This document shows, in pieces, positions 9,548 to 19,405 of a stretch of 56,834 nt of DNA (position 1 is the first letter of the stretch; the number at the start of each line of letters is the position of its first letter). The translations under genes were made by a program, and so were the position numbers. The DNA comes from Candidatus Poseidoniaceae archaeon. Its GTDB lineage: Archaea; Thermoplasmatota; Poseidoniia; Poseidoniales; Poseidoniaceae. The stretch lies in assembly GCA_038125145.1 (NCBI GenBank), contig JAYPDK010000003.1, positions 1 to 56,834 of the forward strand, given 5' to 3'. The notes under the pieces are model-generated. The model had not been told where the DNA came from. It saw nothing but the letters and a program-made list of their open reading frames with translations, and made no database searches.

Positions 9548-10186
9548 ATGCCGGCCATGGTCGAAGGCCCGGACAGCATCGTTGCAGATGCAGGTCCAAT
9601 GCCCGACCATCAAGAACTCGCGGAACGCCTGTCCGTGCGTTTCCAAACCCAAGGCTTCGCGTCGTTGAACAGCATGATTTTCGCCAAGGCGAAGAACGGC
9701 GCCATGATGATGACGGGTCTGGCGTTCTTTGTTTGGATGAGCGTGTTTTTCCGTCAAGAACTGTCCACAGAGGTCGACACCATTCTCCTTGGCTTCCACT
9801 TCCATCATGTCGCCCTGCTCGTCGCCGCACTGGCCTTCTTCGCTGCAGTGTTTTCCGAACTCGGGAACGAACTCGGCCGTGCCATCCCAGGGCTGCTCGC
9901 AGGGCCGATGCAGGTGGTGGCGTTCATTTACGCCATTGAACCCGTCATCACCGGATTTTCGTCCGACGCCCTCGCTGTGGAGGCAGGGTTGTGGAGGACT
10001 GGGCGATTGATCACCATCGCGGTTGGCTCGACCCTCGGCGCACGCATGATCATGGAGGCCTTCTTCCTCGTCTGGCTCCGGGACTTTTGCGATTTCAACG
10101 GCATCGATCCCCGTCCAAGCCACGTTCCTGCGATGGTGACGCCGCCCGGGGATGCCCTCCTCGAGGTCGAGGACGTTCTCTCGTGA
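9548..10186 (+). CDS. Hypothetical multi-pass membrane protein (212 aa)
   Basis: Four to five hydrophobic helices. ATG preceded by AGGAGGTAGGAGGA. This is the C-terminal part of the 557-aa ORF, whose N-terminus is antisense to folP. Confidence 0.55.
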   Translation: MPAMVEGPDSIVADAGPMPDHQELAERLSVRFQTQGFASLNSMIFAKAKNGAMMMTGLAFFVWMSVFFRQELSTEVDTILLGFHFHHVALLVAALAFFAAVFSELGNELGRAIPGLLAGPMQVVAFIYAIEPVITGFSSDALAVEAGLWRTGRLITIAVGSTLGARMIMEAFFLVWLRDFCDFNGIDPRPSHVPAMVTPPGDALLEVEDVLS

Positions 10187-10228
10187 TGCGACCCGCGTCT
10201 TTGATGTGCACCCTGCCATCGGGGGTTC

Positions 10229-10780
10229 ATGGTCGAGCCCCTGCACGTGCTTCGCTTGGGGCACAGAAAGGGGCGCGACCCTCGCATCACGACCCACCTC
10301 GCGTTGGTGGCCCGTGCGATGGGAGCGGACCGATTCCTTCTCGCAGGGGACGAAGACGAGGGGATGTTTGCCAACATCCGTTCCGTGGAGGAACGCTTCG
10401 GTCGCGCCATGGACCTCGAACACCTCGCTTCGCCAATGGCTTGGCTTCGTCGCTTCGCCCAGCAGGATGCGGGAGACGGTGCTCCCGGCACCGTGGTGCA
10501 CCTCACGATGTACGGGATCCCTCACCGAACGGCCATTCCAACCATTCGAAGGGACCGTCCGTTGACGGTCGTTGTCGGTGGCGCAAAGGTGCCACCAGAA
10601 GCGTTCAGCCTCGCCCATCACAACGTCGCCGTTGGCAACCAACCTCATTCGGAGGTTGCAGCGCTGGCGTTGTTCCTCGACGCATGGACCAACGGCGCCG
10701 GACTCGAACGCACCTTTGAGGCTCCACGCTTACGCATTCATCCTTCGGCACGAGGGAAACACGTGGACGAAGAGGAATGA
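10229..10780 (+). CDS. trm56: tRNA (cytidine56-2'-O)-methyltransferase aTrm56
   Basis: VLRLGHR..RD.RITTH.AL.ARA.GA, VHLTMYG and VAVGNQPHSEVAALA segments match the archaeal Trm56 family as I remember it. Confidence 0.8.
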   Translation: MVEPLHVLRLGHRKGRDPRITTHLALVARAMGADRFLLAGDEDEGMFANIRSVEERFGRAMDLEHLASPMAWLRRFAQQDAGDGAPGTVVHLTMYGIPHRTAIPTIRRDRPLTVVVGGAKVPPEAFSLAHHNVAVGNQPHSEVAALALFLDAWTNGAGLERTFEAPRLRIHPSARGKHVDEEE

Positions 10781-10813
10781 CGTTCGTGTCGGCTTTGAAC
10801 GACCGCCCCAACG

Positions 10814-10822
10814 ATTATTGAA
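10814..10822 (+). promoter_or_regulatory. AT-rich TATA-like box ATTATTGAA, ~27 nt upstream of carA ATG
   Basis: The only AT-rich patch in the 60-nt spacer upstream of carA. Confidence 0.3.
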
Positions 10823-10840
10823 GTCCGGTCGGGCCAAACG

Positions 10841-12106
10841 ATGATGTCGGGACACCTCAGAGCAGGCCCCGACCTTCCTGACGCGGCAACGCCGTTGTCG
10901 TTGGGCCCTCCTCCCGAAGGGGCCAACGGTCCAGGCGTGCTGCTGACGGCTGATGGACAGCGGTACGAGGGCCGGCTGTTCGGGGCTCGTGGTCACGGGG
11001 AGGGGGAACTTGTCTTCACCACGGGGATGATGGGCTTTCAGGAATCGCTCACCGACCCTTCCTTCGCGGGGCAGGTGCTGACCTTCACGTACCCGCTCAT
11101 TGGGAACTACGGTGTTCATCTTGGTCGGTCAGAATCCGGTCGGGTGTGGCCCCGTGGCGTGGTCGTGAGGCACGCGATGCAGGACCCCGACCACCGGGAC
11201 AGCATCGGTACGGTCGATGATCTTCTCAGGCACCACGGTGTGCCAGGGATCGAAGCCGTGGACACCCGTGCCATCACGCGCCACGTTCGCGAACTTGGGA
11301 CCGTGCTGTGCGTGTTTGGCCCCGTCGAGGATGAGGGCCGGCTGCAGGCCCGCCTCGCAGACCTGACGTCCCCGGACCTTGAGGACCTCGTGAACGAGGT
11401 GAGCACCCGCGAGGTTGTGGCCTTGAACCCCGGGGCCACCGATGACCTTGGCCGTGCGCTGCCGCGTCTCGCGGCCCTCGATTGCGGTGTGAAAAACAAC
11501 ATCCTCCGGCACCTCTGCCGCCACTTTGAGGTGCTTTGGTGCCCTCCCGAGACGCCGTTTGAGGCCTTGACGGAATCGTACGGCATCGACGCGCTGTTTT
11601 GCTCCAACGGGCCCGGTGACCCGGCACACCCCGGCCGCGCGACGGAAGCGCGCGAAACGTTGGCTGCTGCCGTGCAGGCGGGCCTGCCGGTGATGGGCAT
11701 CTGCCTCGGTCACCAATTGATGGGGCTGGCATCCGGCTTGCAGACCTACAAGATGCGCTACGGGCACCGCGGCGCCAACCAACCGGTCCTCGACCTCGTG
11801 GAGCGTCGCGTGTGGATCACCTCACAAAACCACGGCTTCGCCGTTGCGGACCCGGAGGCCGGGATGCTTGCGGCGCACCCGAGCGGGGCATCGAGCCCGA
11901 AGGCGGCCCCGCAGCACGACGCTGAAGTCGTCGTGCGGTACGTCAACGCGAACGATCGCACCGTGGAAGGGCTCGACCTCGTCGGACGGCCAGCCTTTAC
12001 GGTGCAGTTCCATCCTGAGGCCTGCCCGGGCCCTCACGATGCAGCCCCCTTGTTCCAGCGCTTCCGTCAGATGGTGGATGCGCACCTTCGTGGAGGTGTG
12101 GCCTGA
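10841..12106 (+). CDS. carA: Carbamoyl-phosphate synthase small (glutaminase) subunit
   Basis: FTYPLIGNYGV N-domain and GICLGHQL catalytic Cys motif. N-terminal ~30 aa extension makes the start uncertain. Confidence 0.9.
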   Translation: MMSGHLRAGPDLPDAATPLSLGPPPEGANGPGVLLTADGQRYEGRLFGARGHGEGELVFTTGMMGFQESLTDPSFAGQVLTFTYPLIGNYGVHLGRSESGRVWPRGVVVRHAMQDPDHRDSIGTVDDLLRHHGVPGIEAVDTRAITRHVRELGTVLCVFGPVEDEGRLQARLADLTSPDLEDLVNEVSTREVVALNPGATDDLGRALPRLAALDCGVKNNILRHLCRHFEVLWCPPETPFEALTESYGIDALFCSNGPGDPAHPGRATEARETLAAAVQAGLPVMGICLGHQLMGLASGLQTYKMRYGHRGANQPVLDLVERRVWITSQNHGFAVADPEAGMLAAHPSGASSPKAAPQHDAEVVVRYVNANDRTVEGLDLVGRPAFTVQFHPEACPGPHDAAPLFQRFRQMVDAHLRGGVA

Positions 12107-15100
12107 TGCCCCGGAGGGATGACCTGGAGACCATCCTCGTGCTTGGAAGCGGCCCAATCCGGATTGGACAAGCCGCAGAGTTCGACTTTTCTGGGAGCCA
12201 AGCGGTTCGTGCCCTCCGGGAAGACGGCTACCGCGTGATCTTGGTCAATTCAAACCCCGCCACGATTCAGAACGACCCCGAGATGGCCGACGTGGTGTAC
12301 ATCGAACCGCTCCTGCCTGACACGGTCCGTCGGATCCTCGAAGCCGAACGACCGGACGCCATCCTCGCAGGAATGGGCGGCCAGACGGCCTTGAACATCG
12401 CCAGCGAACTCGCCCACGACGGGACGCTTGAACGTCTGGGGGTGGAACTCATCGGCTCCGACCTTGACGCCATCGACAAGGCCGAAGACCGGGACCTCTT
12501 CAACGAGGTCTGCACTTCCATTGGGCTTCCAATTTGCACCTCTGTTGCGTGCAACACGATGGATGAAGTGATTGCTGCAGCGGAGCAGCTTGGAACGTGG
12601 CCGCTTCTGATCCGTCCGGCGTTCACCCTCGGCGGGCTTGGTGGCGGCACCGCATGGGACATGGGGCAACTCGTCGAAATTTCGACCCTCGGGCTCCGAA
12701 ACTCGAGGATCAATCAGGTGCTGATTGAGGAATCTATTCTCGGTTGGCAGGAACTTGAGTACGAAGTGATGCGCGACGAAGCCGACAACGCCACCATCGT
12801 CTGCACCATGGAGAACATCGATCCAATGGGCGTGCACACCGGAGAATCGGTCGTCGTGGCGCCATTGCAATCCTTCAGCGATGCAGACCACCAACTCTTG
12901 CGCAACCATGCGCTTCGGCTCATTCGGGCGTTGAACATCAAGGGAGGCTGCAACGTCCAATTTGCGTTCAACCAATTCACCGGTGAAGTTCGCGTCATCG
13001 AGGTCAACCCTCGCGTGTCCCGTTCGTCCGCCCTTGCCTCCAAGACCACCGGTTACCCAATCGCCCGAATGGCCGCGAAAATCGCGGTTGGGTACACCCT
13101 CGACGAACTGCCGAACCCAATCACGGGTGAAGGAACGACGGCGGCCTTTGAGCCCACGTTGGATTACTGCGTGGTCAAAATTCCGCGCTGGCCCTTCGAT
13201 AAATTCCGAACGGCGGACCGAACCTTAGGCACCAGCATGAAATCCACCGGTGAAGTCATGGCCATCGGCCGGTGTTTCGAAGAGGCCTTCCTCAAGGCGT
13301 GGGCCTCCTTGGAACAAGGCGTCGCCCACCCTCGCCCCTTGACGCGAGCCGACGAATCCGACGGCGAGGATCAATTCGAGCGTGCTCGGGAGCCTTTGCC
13401 GGAAGCCACCTTGATCGACTGGCTCACGACCGCGACCGACCGTCGTATGGGTGCGTTGCTCGAAGCCTTCCGGCGGGGATGGAGCATTGAACGGGTGCAT
13501 GAGCTGACCCGTATGACCCGTTGGTTCCTGCACCGCTTCAAGCACATCGCGGACCTTGAGGCTGAACTTGTCTCGAAGGGATGTGCTCCGTCCAGCCTTT
13601 CCCTCGACGACCTTCGTCGATGGAAATCCCATGGCATGACCGATGCCCACATTGCGGACGCCCTTGCAGGCTTTCCTGCCACCGGACCAGGGCAGTTGCA
13701 GGAAGGTCACGACGAAGTGGCTGTCATGGTGCGGCGGCACGAACTTGGCCTCCACCCCGTCTATCGAATGGTGGACTCATGTGCCGCTGAATTTGCTGCG
13801 GTGACGCCGTATTACTATTCCACCTACGAGCCCAGCGGCACCACCGGGATCGACGTGCTTCCAGACATGGCCTCACGGACAAAGGAGCGGGTCATGGCCA
13901 TCGGCAGCGGCCCCATCCGCATCGGCCAAGGCATTGAGTTCGACTACGGATGCGTGCACGCCGTGAACGCCATCCGGGCTGCAGGAAAGGACGCCGTGTT
14001 GATCAACAACAACCCGGAAACGGTCTCCACCGATTTTGACACCTCGGACCGCCTCTATTTCGAGCCGCTGATCACGGAGCACGTCGCGGAAGTCATGCTG
14101 CGGGAGCAAGCACACGGCATCCTGCTCCAGTTTGGCGGTCAAACGGCGATCAACCTCGCGTTGCCGTTGGAAGAGCGCCGCCCCTTGCTCGCCAAGCGTG
14201 GCGCCGATGTGCCCATCATGGGGACCACCTGCGATGCCATCGACGAAGCCAGCGACAGGGAGCGCTTCGAGGCCTTTGCTGCACGTGAGGGGCTGCGCAT
14301 GCCGCGAGGGGCAACAGGGACGACGGCGGACGACATTCGGGCTGCGGTGGAGACCATCGGCTTCCCAGTGCTCGTTCGTCCGTCGTACGTGCTCGGCGGG
14401 CGCGGCATGGAGATCCTCAGCAACGATGAGCAACTCGACGCATACCTCGCCGAGGCGTTCTTCGCACCAGATCGTCCGTTGTTGGTCGACGAATACCTCG
14501 GTCAAGCCACGGAACTCGACGTGGATGCGGCCTGCGACGGCACCGATGTGCTCGTGGGCGCAGTGATGGAGCACCTCGAGGAAGCCGGCATCCATTCCGG
14601 TGATTCAACGTGCTTTATCCCGACGCAGAACGTCTCCGAAGCCATCCTCGAGCAGGTCAACGCACAAACGCGAACCATTGGATTGGGTCTCGGCATTCGT
14701 GGCTGCTACAACATTCAGTTCGCGATTCAAGGGGACGCGTTGTACGTGCTCGAAGTGAACCCACGCTCGTCCCGTACGGTGCCGTTCGTGGCCAAGGCCT
14801 CCGGCCTTCCGCTGGCGAGGATCGCTGCCAACATCACCATCGGCCTGCCGTTGTCCGCTCAGGACGTCCCCCGCCGCGTGACGGGCCAAGTGTGCGTCAA
14901 GGCCCCTGTGTTCCCGTTCATCAAACTTCGAGGCCTCGACCCAGCTCCCGGTCCAGAAATGAAGTCCACGGGTGAAGTCTACGGCTCCGACGAGGACCCT
15001 GCGATGGCCTACCTGAAGGCGCGCCTCGCGACCGAAGTTCCAGTGGCGACGGAGGGTGGCGTGTACCTGACGGTTCGCGACGAGGACAAAGCCGGGGCGG

Positions 15101-15450
15101 CCGAGGTGGCCGCCGATCTGCATGCCTTGGGCTTCACCCTGTACGCCACGCCGGGTACGGCCGATGTGCTCCGTGGAGCGGGATTGCCTGTGACCACGGC
15201 CTTCCGCATCGCGGAACGAAAACACCCAGATGCCCTGGACTTGATGCGGCAAGGAAAGGTGCAGTTCATCGTCAACGTGCCAAGCGTGAGCGGTGGAGCC
15301 GTGCGTGACGGCAACATGATGCGACGCTTGGCGGTTGAACTTGACATTCCCTTCGTGACCACGCTCCGAGGCGCGCGCATGGAAGTGGCTGCGATGGGGG
15401 CGAGGGTTCACCGCGAGCCGGTTCCGCGCCGGCTTGAGGTCCACTATTGA
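12106..15450 (+). CDS. carB: Carbamoyl-phosphate synthase large subunit
   Basis: Duplicated ATP-grasp halves (ILVLGSGPIRIGQAAEFDFSG / VMAIGSGPIRIGQGIEFDYG) and a C-terminal MGS-like domain. TGATG 1-nt overlap with carA. Confidence 0.95.
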   Translation: MPRRDDLETILVLGSGPIRIGQAAEFDFSGSQAVRALREDGYRVILVNSNPATIQNDPEMADVVYIEPLLPDTVRRILEAERPDAILAGMGGQTALNIASELAHDGTLERLGVELIGSDLDAIDKAEDRDLFNEVCTSIGLPICTSVACNTMDEVIAAAEQLGTWPLLIRPAFTLGGLGGGTAWDMGQLVEISTLGLRNSRINQVLIEESILGWQELEYEVMRDEADNATIVCTMENIDPMGVHTGESVVVAPLQSFSDADHQLLRNHALRLIRALNIKGGCNVQFAFNQFTGEVRVIEVNPRVSRSSALASKTTGYPIARMAAKIAVGYTLDELPNPITGEGTTAAFEPTLDYCVVKIPRWPFDKFRTADRTLGTSMKSTGEVMAIGRCFEEAFLKAWASLEQGVAHPRPLTRADESDGEDQFERAREPLPEATLIDWLTTATDRRMGALLEAFRRGWSIERVHELTRMTRWFLHRFKHIADLEAELVSKGCAPSSLSLDDLRRWKSHGMTDAHIADALAGFPATGPGQLQEGHDEVAVMVRRHELGLHPVYRMVDSCAAEFAAVTPYYYSTYEPSGTTGIDVLPDMASRTKERVMAIGSGPIRIGQGIEFDYGCVHAVNAIRAAGKDAVLINNNPETVSTDFDTSDRLYFEPLITEHVAEVMLREQAHGILLQFGGQTAINLALPLEERRPLLAKRGADVPIMGTTCDAIDEASDRERFEAFAAREGLRMPRGATGTTADDIRAAVETIGFPVLVRPSYVLGGRGMEILSNDEQLDAYLAEAFFAPDRPLLVDEYLGQATELDVDAACDGTDVLVGAVMEHLEEAGIHSGDSTCFIPTQNVSEAILEQVNAQTRTIGLGLGIRGCYNIQFAIQGDALYVLEVNPRSSRTVPFVAKASGLPLARIAANITIGLPLSAQDVPRRVTGQVCVKAPVFPFIKLRGLDPAPGPEMKSTGEVYGSDEDPAMAYLKARLATEVPVATEGGVYLTVRDEDKAGAAEVAADLHALGFTLYATPGTADVLRGAGLPVTTAFRIAERKHPDALDLMRQGKVQFIVNVPSVSGGAVRDGNMMRRLAVELDIPFVTTLRGARMEVAAMGARVHREPVPRRLEVHY

Positions 15451-15472
15451 GGCGCTGCAGCCCTCGGTGATG

Positions 15473-15481
15473 CTCATAAGG
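15473..15481 (+). promoter_or_regulatory. TATA-like box CTCATAAGG, 29 nt upstream of ATG 15502
   Basis: Read directly; near-identical to the box at 5473. Confidence 0.35.
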
Positions 15482-15501
15482 CGTCAGGGCCATCTGCATT
15501 C

Positions 15502-16710
15502 ATGGCCGGTGTGTTTTGTCCCACGTGCGAATCGCCCGTCTCGTCCGCAGCCACGTACTGCCTTGCGTGCGGGCACGACATGACCGTCCAGGGGCCAATC
15601 ACCTCCACCGGTCACGACCTGAACCAACTGAGGGAGGTCGTGCGCATGCGCGACGACCTCTCCATGGCTGAAAAATTCGACATCATCGCCAAGGTGGAGG
15701 AAGGTGCGAACCCTATCGTGCTCGGCATTGCGGCTCCTGCCGACGGTGACGAGGTTCCCGATGAGGGCGGTCCAGAACCTGCGACGGTCCCTTCGCTTGA
15801 GCCCCCAAGCGCGGGATGGGGTCACTCGACGGCAGCACGTGCCGCCGCAGAGGACGCCGCCCGGTCCTCCCGCGCCATGGGCATGGTCGAGGACGGGACC
15901 ATCGACCGCGCTTCTGCTGCCTTCCATGCTGCGATGAACCGTGGTTTGGCTGCAGCCGCCCGCATTCACGCTGTGGCGACGGGAGCCGAGGCAGGGAACG
16001 ATCCCGAGGCCATGGCCGAGGTGGCCCTGCTTGAGCCGCCGAAGCGGAGCTTCTGCCCGAAATGCGGCTCAGACATCCACAGCATGGCCGTGCATCAGTG
16101 GGGGAAGTGGCGAGGCATGGCCGATGACGTGCTGCTGCTGCAACTCGAATCGGCGATGGAGGCAGCGCTCGTGGAGTACGCGGGCCAGCAGGCCACCTCG
16201 ACCCCCGCGTCCGGTGAGGTTGACATGGCGTCCTTGCGGGCCGAGATTGAAGCCGAGGTCCGCGCGTCGATGAGCGCCTCGACCGCCGAGCCTGCTGTGG
16301 CACACGACGCTGGCACCAGCACGACGAAGGACGCGGAACCCGCTCCTTCGAAGACGACCGAACCCCCGGCAGCCTCCGAGGAGACCGCTCCGAAGGAGGC
16401 GACGAAACCTGCTGCACCGAAGAAAAAGGCAGGTTTGTTTGGCAGCAAACGTCCCAAGGTGTCCTACGACGGACCGCCGGAAGGCAAGGGCGAATGGTTC
16501 CTTGAACACGCCTTGGAAACGGTCTACGACCCCCACGGCACCGGCAAGGCATTGAAGCCGAAAACAATCCTTGCTCGTTCGTCCGAGGGCAACGTACGTG
16601 TTGCAGACGTGGTTCATGCCTACGCGGCCGACGGCGAGGGCGGCATCAGCGAACTCGCGTGGACCAGCCCACTCACGAAGTACATCATCGAAGCCTACGA
16701 CGCCTGCTGA
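15502..16710 (+). CDS. Hypothetical protein with two zinc-ribbon-like CxxC pairs and a low-complexity A/E/P/K/T linker
   Basis: CPTCESPVSSAATYCLACGH at the N-terminus and a second CPKCGS motif; AEPAPSKTTEPPAASEETAPKEATKPAAPKKK linker; conserved-looking ~70-aa C-terminal module. Confidence 0.6.
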   Translation: MAGVFCPTCESPVSSAATYCLACGHDMTVQGPITSTGHDLNQLREVVRMRDDLSMAEKFDIIAKVEEGANPIVLGIAAPADGDEVPDEGGPEPATVPSLEPPSAGWGHSTAARAAAEDAARSSRAMGMVEDGTIDRASAAFHAAMNRGLAAAARIHAVATGAEAGNDPEAMAEVALLEPPKRSFCPKCGSDIHSMAVHQWGKWRGMADDVLLLQLESAMEAALVEYAGQQATSTPASGEVDMASLRAEIEAEVRASMSASTAEPAVAHDAGTSTTKDAEPAPSKTTEPPAASEETAPKEATKPAAPKKKAGLFGSKRPKVSYDGPPEGKGEWFLEHALETVYDPHGTGKALKPKTILARSSEGNVRVADVVHAYAADGEGGISELAWTSPLTKYIIEAYDAC

Positions 16711-18305
16711 CGCTCGCCGGTGATCAACCAGAGGGCCTTGGACGGGTCCATGGCCGCGAGCAGGGGTGCGAGTTTTGGCGCCACGTCCACCCCGAGGATG
16801 AGTTCGTAGGTCAGCCTGTAGGCGCTTCGAAGCGGCTGTTCCACATCACGGGCTGCGTCTGGAATGCAGCGAGATAGCGTGGCTTCGTCCCACGACCCTG
16901 AATCAATCGCGTCGGAGAGTTGCTTGACCAGGGCGCGGTGGAGCGGCTTCTCTTCCTCCGCGAGGTTGCTCAGGCGCTCCGCATCGGGCGCGTCGCGAAC
17001 CGCAATGCGCATCTCCTCCGGGAAGTGGTCGCTGTTGACCCAATGGCGCATGCGACGAACGCGTGCGTCGAATTCAGACCGTGCCCCGACGTCGTCGGGC
17101 ATCATGGCCCACACCTCTTCGTCGTCCTCACGGATCTGCACCAGCATGGCGAGGTGACGGAAGGTCACGCCGACGGCTGATGGGCGCTCGCCCGTGTTGA
17201 TGACCGACGAAAGCCGCGTCGAAACGATATCGTCCTCGACGGAAACACGCTGGCGTCGGCTGAGTTCCGGGTCGTCCAGTTTGGCTTCCAGGTCGTGACG
17301 GAGCAAGCGCTCGTAGGCATCGGCGAGGGTGACCAAGCCCATGCCGGTGTCGAATTCAATGGCCTTCGACGGCTTGGTTGACGCGATCAGGTAGCGAAGG
17401 ATTTCCGGTGGTACGAGGCGCAAGGCCTCGATCGGTCCGACCGTATTGCCGCTCGAGGACGACATCGCGCCTTCGCCTCGAAGGCTGATCCACTCGTAGG
17501 TGAGCCCTTCGGGGGGTGTCCCGCCAAGCAGTTCGCAGAGTTCCTTCCCGGTGTCGTAGGACCCACCCGCTGCACCGTGGTCCTTGCCGAAGGGCTCGCA
17601 GGTGACGCCAAGGTTGCACCACTTGGCCGGCCAGTCCAAGCGCCAGGGAAGTTTGCCCTCGCCCTTCGTGATGTCGCAGGCGCCGGTGCGTCCGTCGTCG
17701 GCCACCCAGTGGATGAGGTCGCCTTCCACGTGGGACACCTGAAGCCCCGTTTGGCACCCACGTTCGTCCACAGGGGTGAACGGCCACCAGTCGTTTGGAA
17801 GGTCTCGGCCGGAGATGCGCTCGATGATGTCCCGAACCTTGTCACGCTCACGGATGGCGGTGCGGATGTGTTCCACGTACCGCCCGTTCAGGTATTCGGT
17901 GTGGTTGTAGACCAGTTCTGGCTGAACGCCGAGGATCTTGAGCGCGTCGAGGAAGGGTTCCAGAAAATGGTCGGCGTAACTCCGACCGCCGGAGAAGGCT
18001 GCCATGTCCGGTCGACCGGCGGCGTCAGGAGGTGGGATGCGGAAGAGCTGCACGCCCACGTACTCCTCGTAGGCCTCGTCGAGGAAATCGTACACCTTGC
18101 GCAAGGGGTCGGCGCTGTCCACGACGAAGCAGAACCGAGCATCGCCGCCTTGGGCTCGGATGCCGCGGACGATCATTTCGCCCGTAAGGATCTCACGCAG
18201 GTGCCCAATGTGGAACTCACCGCTTGGGGTGATGCCCGTGTTCACCACGTGCACGGGCTTCTCGCTGGACACAAGCCGCTCACCGATCACGTCGGACCAG
18301 TGCAT
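16695..18305 (-). CDS. lysK: Lysyl-tRNA synthetase, class I
   Basis: Class I signature region TGITPSGEFHIGHLREIL (HIGH) and class I LysRS architecture. 16-nt convergent overlap with the previous gene. Confidence 0.9.
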   Translation of the reverse strand: MHWSDVIGERLVSSEKPVHVVNTGITPSGEFHIGHLREILTGEMIVRGIRAQGGDARFCFVVDSADPLRKVYDFLDEAYEEYVGVQLFRIPPPDAAGRPDMAAFSGGRSYADHFLEPFLDALKILGVQPELVYNHTEYLNGRYVEHIRTAIRERDKVRDIIERISGRDLPNDWWPFTPVDERGCQTGLQVSHVEGDLIHWVADDGRTGACDITKGEGKLPWRLDWPAKWCNLGVTCEPFGKDHGAAGGSYDTGKELCELLGGTPPEGLTYEWISLRGEGAMSSSSGNTVGPIEALRLVPPEILRYLIASTKPSKAIEFDTGMGLVTLADAYERLLRHDLEAKLDDPELSRRQRVSVEDDIVSTRLSSVINTGERPSAVGVTFRHLAMLVQIREDDEEVWAMMPDDVGARSEFDARVRRMRHWVNSDHFPEEMRIAVRDAPDAERLSNLAEEEKPLHRALVKQLSDAIDSGSWDEATLSRCIPDAARDVEQPLRSAYRLTYELILGVDVAPKLAPLLAAMDPSKALWLITGERQQAS

Positions 18306-18314
18306 GGCTTCACC

Positions 18315-18896
18315 TCAAACGGGAACGGCTCGAACGATGCCGCGCAGTGGAACGCCCTCGATTTCGTTGCGCATGGTCTTGTTGACCAAGACGATCGCCA
18401 GCACGACGTCGCCTCCGGCAGCACGGATGGCCTCGATGGTGCGGGTCATGGTCACGCCTGAGGAAAGGACGTCGTCGATGATGACGACGCGCTTCCCCGA
18501 GACCCGTCCGTACTTGTCCGAAAGGGCGCCGAGACCGGGGCCTCCGTCGATGTTGCGCATGATGGCGACCTCGGCTCCCAAGAGTTTCGACGTCTCCTGC
18601 GCGAACACGATGCCGTTGATGGAAATTCCAACCACGGTGTCGATGCGCTCACCCGCCTCTTCGTAGGCCACGTCGGCCATGATGGAGCCAATCGCTTCGA
18701 TGCGCTCGGGCTTCACCCCGATGGTGCGCCATCCAATCCGTACGTCCGCCGGTGCAGCGCTACGGTCTTCACCCGCGAGAAGCCACGCGACCGTGTCCTG
18801 CGAAAGCGAGAGTTCGTCCGCAATCTGTTGTGAGTTCAGTCCGTCGCCTCGAAGGCCGGATGCGAGGGCTCGCAGTTCCTCGATGCTCATCGTCAT
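18315..18896 (-). CDS. PyrE-like / GfcR-type protein (N-terminal HTH + phosphoribosyltransferase domain)
   Basis: HTH-like LNSQQIADELSLSQDTVAWLL and PRPP-binding loop VVIIDDVLSSGVTM. Start re-picked at ATG 18896 (MTMSIEEL). Confidence 0.75.
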   Translation of the reverse strand: MTMSIEELRALASGLRGDGLNSQQIADELSLSQDTVAWLLAGEDRSAAPADVRIGWRTIGVKPERIEAIGSIMADVAYEEAGERIDTVVGISINGIVFAQETSKLLGAEVAIMRNIDGGPGLGALSDKYGRVSGKRVVIIDDVLSSGVTMTRTIEAIRAAGGDVVLAIVLVNKTMRNEIEGVPLRGIVRAVPV

Positions 18897-18965
18897 GTGG
18901 CTCAGGGCGCCGTCCGCCTCGTCGCAATTGAACCCTTCCTCACGGGGGTCAAGGTCACGGACAGG

Positions 18966-18973
18966 TTGAAAGC
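18966..18973 (+). promoter_or_regulatory. TATA-like box TTGAAAGC, 29 nt upstream of aIF2-beta ATG
   Basis: Read directly. A similar GGTTGAAAAC sits upstream of the NOG1 gene at 20445-20454. Confidence 0.3.
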
Positions 18974-18994
18974 GGAGGCGTCGGAGCCGTTGGT

Positions 18995-19405
18995 ATGGGT
19001 GAGTTCGAGTACGAGGCCTTGCTCGACCGGGCGAGGGGGAACATCCCCGAGGACATCTCAAACCGCCGACGGTGGAGGTTGCCAGAGCCTCAAATCCTCA
19101 TCGAAGGGAGCAACACCATCTTCCAGAACTTCAACGCCGTTGTCTCCATGATGGACCGCGACGAAAACCACGTGTACCAGTTCATTCAGAACGAACTCGG
19201 TACCGCTGCATCACGCGATGGTCCCCGCATCCGTCTGAAGGGTCGAATTCCCCCAAAGCGGATCAGGAAGACCATCGTGAACTACGTGAACACGTACATC
19301 AAGTGCAGCCAGTGTTCTGCCCCCGATACCGTGTTCATGAAGGAAGACCGGACGACCCTGCTGAAGTGCCAGGCGTGCGGTGCAACCCGACCGGTCAAAC
19401 TTTGA
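18995..19405 (+). CDS. Translation initiation factor aIF2 beta subunit
   Basis: Typical size (136 aa), conserved core, and C-terminal zinc ribbon C..C...C..C (CSQCSAPDT...CQACGA). Confidence 0.9.
   Translation: MGEFEYEALLDRARGNIPEDISNRRRWRLPEPQILIEGSNTIFQNFNAVVSMMDRDENHVYQFIQNELGTAASRDGPRIRLKGRIPPKRIRKTIVNYVNTYIKCSQCSAPDTVFMKEDRTTLLKCQACGATRPVKL

Noticed and set aside
8513-10648. 557-aa (+) and 671-aa (-) ORFs spanning folP and the neighbouring membrane-protein gene.
   Set aside because: Each is real only in its C-terminal part (membrane protein 9548-10186; folP 8633-9532). The N-terminal extensions run antisense through the other gene and carry no motifs.
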